64,000 nucleotides of DNA. It comes from Candidatus Microgenomatus sp. (GTDB taxonomy: Bacteria > Patescibacteriota > Microgenomatia > UBA8517). The position numbers were made by a program, and so were the translations under genes. Positions 63,802 through 64,000 of the stretch are shown here, piece after piece; position 1 is the first letter of the stretch, and each line of letters starts with the position of its first letter. The notes under the pieces were generated by a model, which worked only from the letters and a program-made list of their open reading frames with translations, did not search any database and had not been told where the DNA came from. The stretch covers positions 422,002-486,001 of the forward strand of contig DYGS01000001.1 of the NCBI GenBank assembly GCA_020724585.1. The letters are read 5' to 3'.

Positions 63802-64000
63802 CCGTATTTGTACTTGTTACACCAAAATTGGGATTTTGCTCACAATTGCCATCTATGCAGTCTTGGTCTTCAGGATTTTCAAGTTTGGCAAAAAGTTGAA
63901 ATTTTTGATTTGATGAATTGGGTACAATTCTATACTCATAACTATCGTTATTGGCAACAGGATCCGTGGGCATGGTTTTAAAATAAACTGTTTTGCCGTC
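63788..64000 (-). CDS. Pilin-like protein, C-terminal part (starts beyond window)
   Basis: Frame open to the window edge; MPTDP...Y.Y...FQLFAKLEN..D. Confidence 0.75.
   Translation of the reverse strand, partial: DGKTVYFKTMPTDPVANNDSYEYRIVPNSSNQKFQLFAKLENPEDQDCIDGNCEQNPNFGVTSTNTDVYE

Overview
AT-rich 64 kb window that looks like a Patescibacteria (CPR, Microgenomates-like) chromosome. The taxonomy is inferred from the streamlined ThrS, PheT and trigger factor, a DRG GTPase, a DUF5660-like protein and a CPR-style type IV pilus locus; the code is standard 11. The left 27 kb is a tRNA-rich accessory region holding 14 of the 16 tRNA genes found. The right part is mostly translation housekeeping genes plus a pilus locus split by an opposite-strand island. 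Most notable: (1) four different tRNA genes are each preceded by a copy of their own 5' end joined to a shared hairpin core (TAAGC-AAA-GCTTG-G) and then an inverted copy of that tRNA's own sequence; (2) transposase-less TGTG...CACA elements with long inverted repeats end 72-75 bp from tRNA 3' ends and carry cargo genes separated by conserved junction motifs; (3) a T-box riboswitch with an ultrashort Stem I controls an uncharacterised enzyme operon; (4) a 108-bp IS200/IS605-type miniature element sits in frame inside a DUF192 gene. All alignments and folds were done by eye, and product calls rest on remembered motifs, not database searches.
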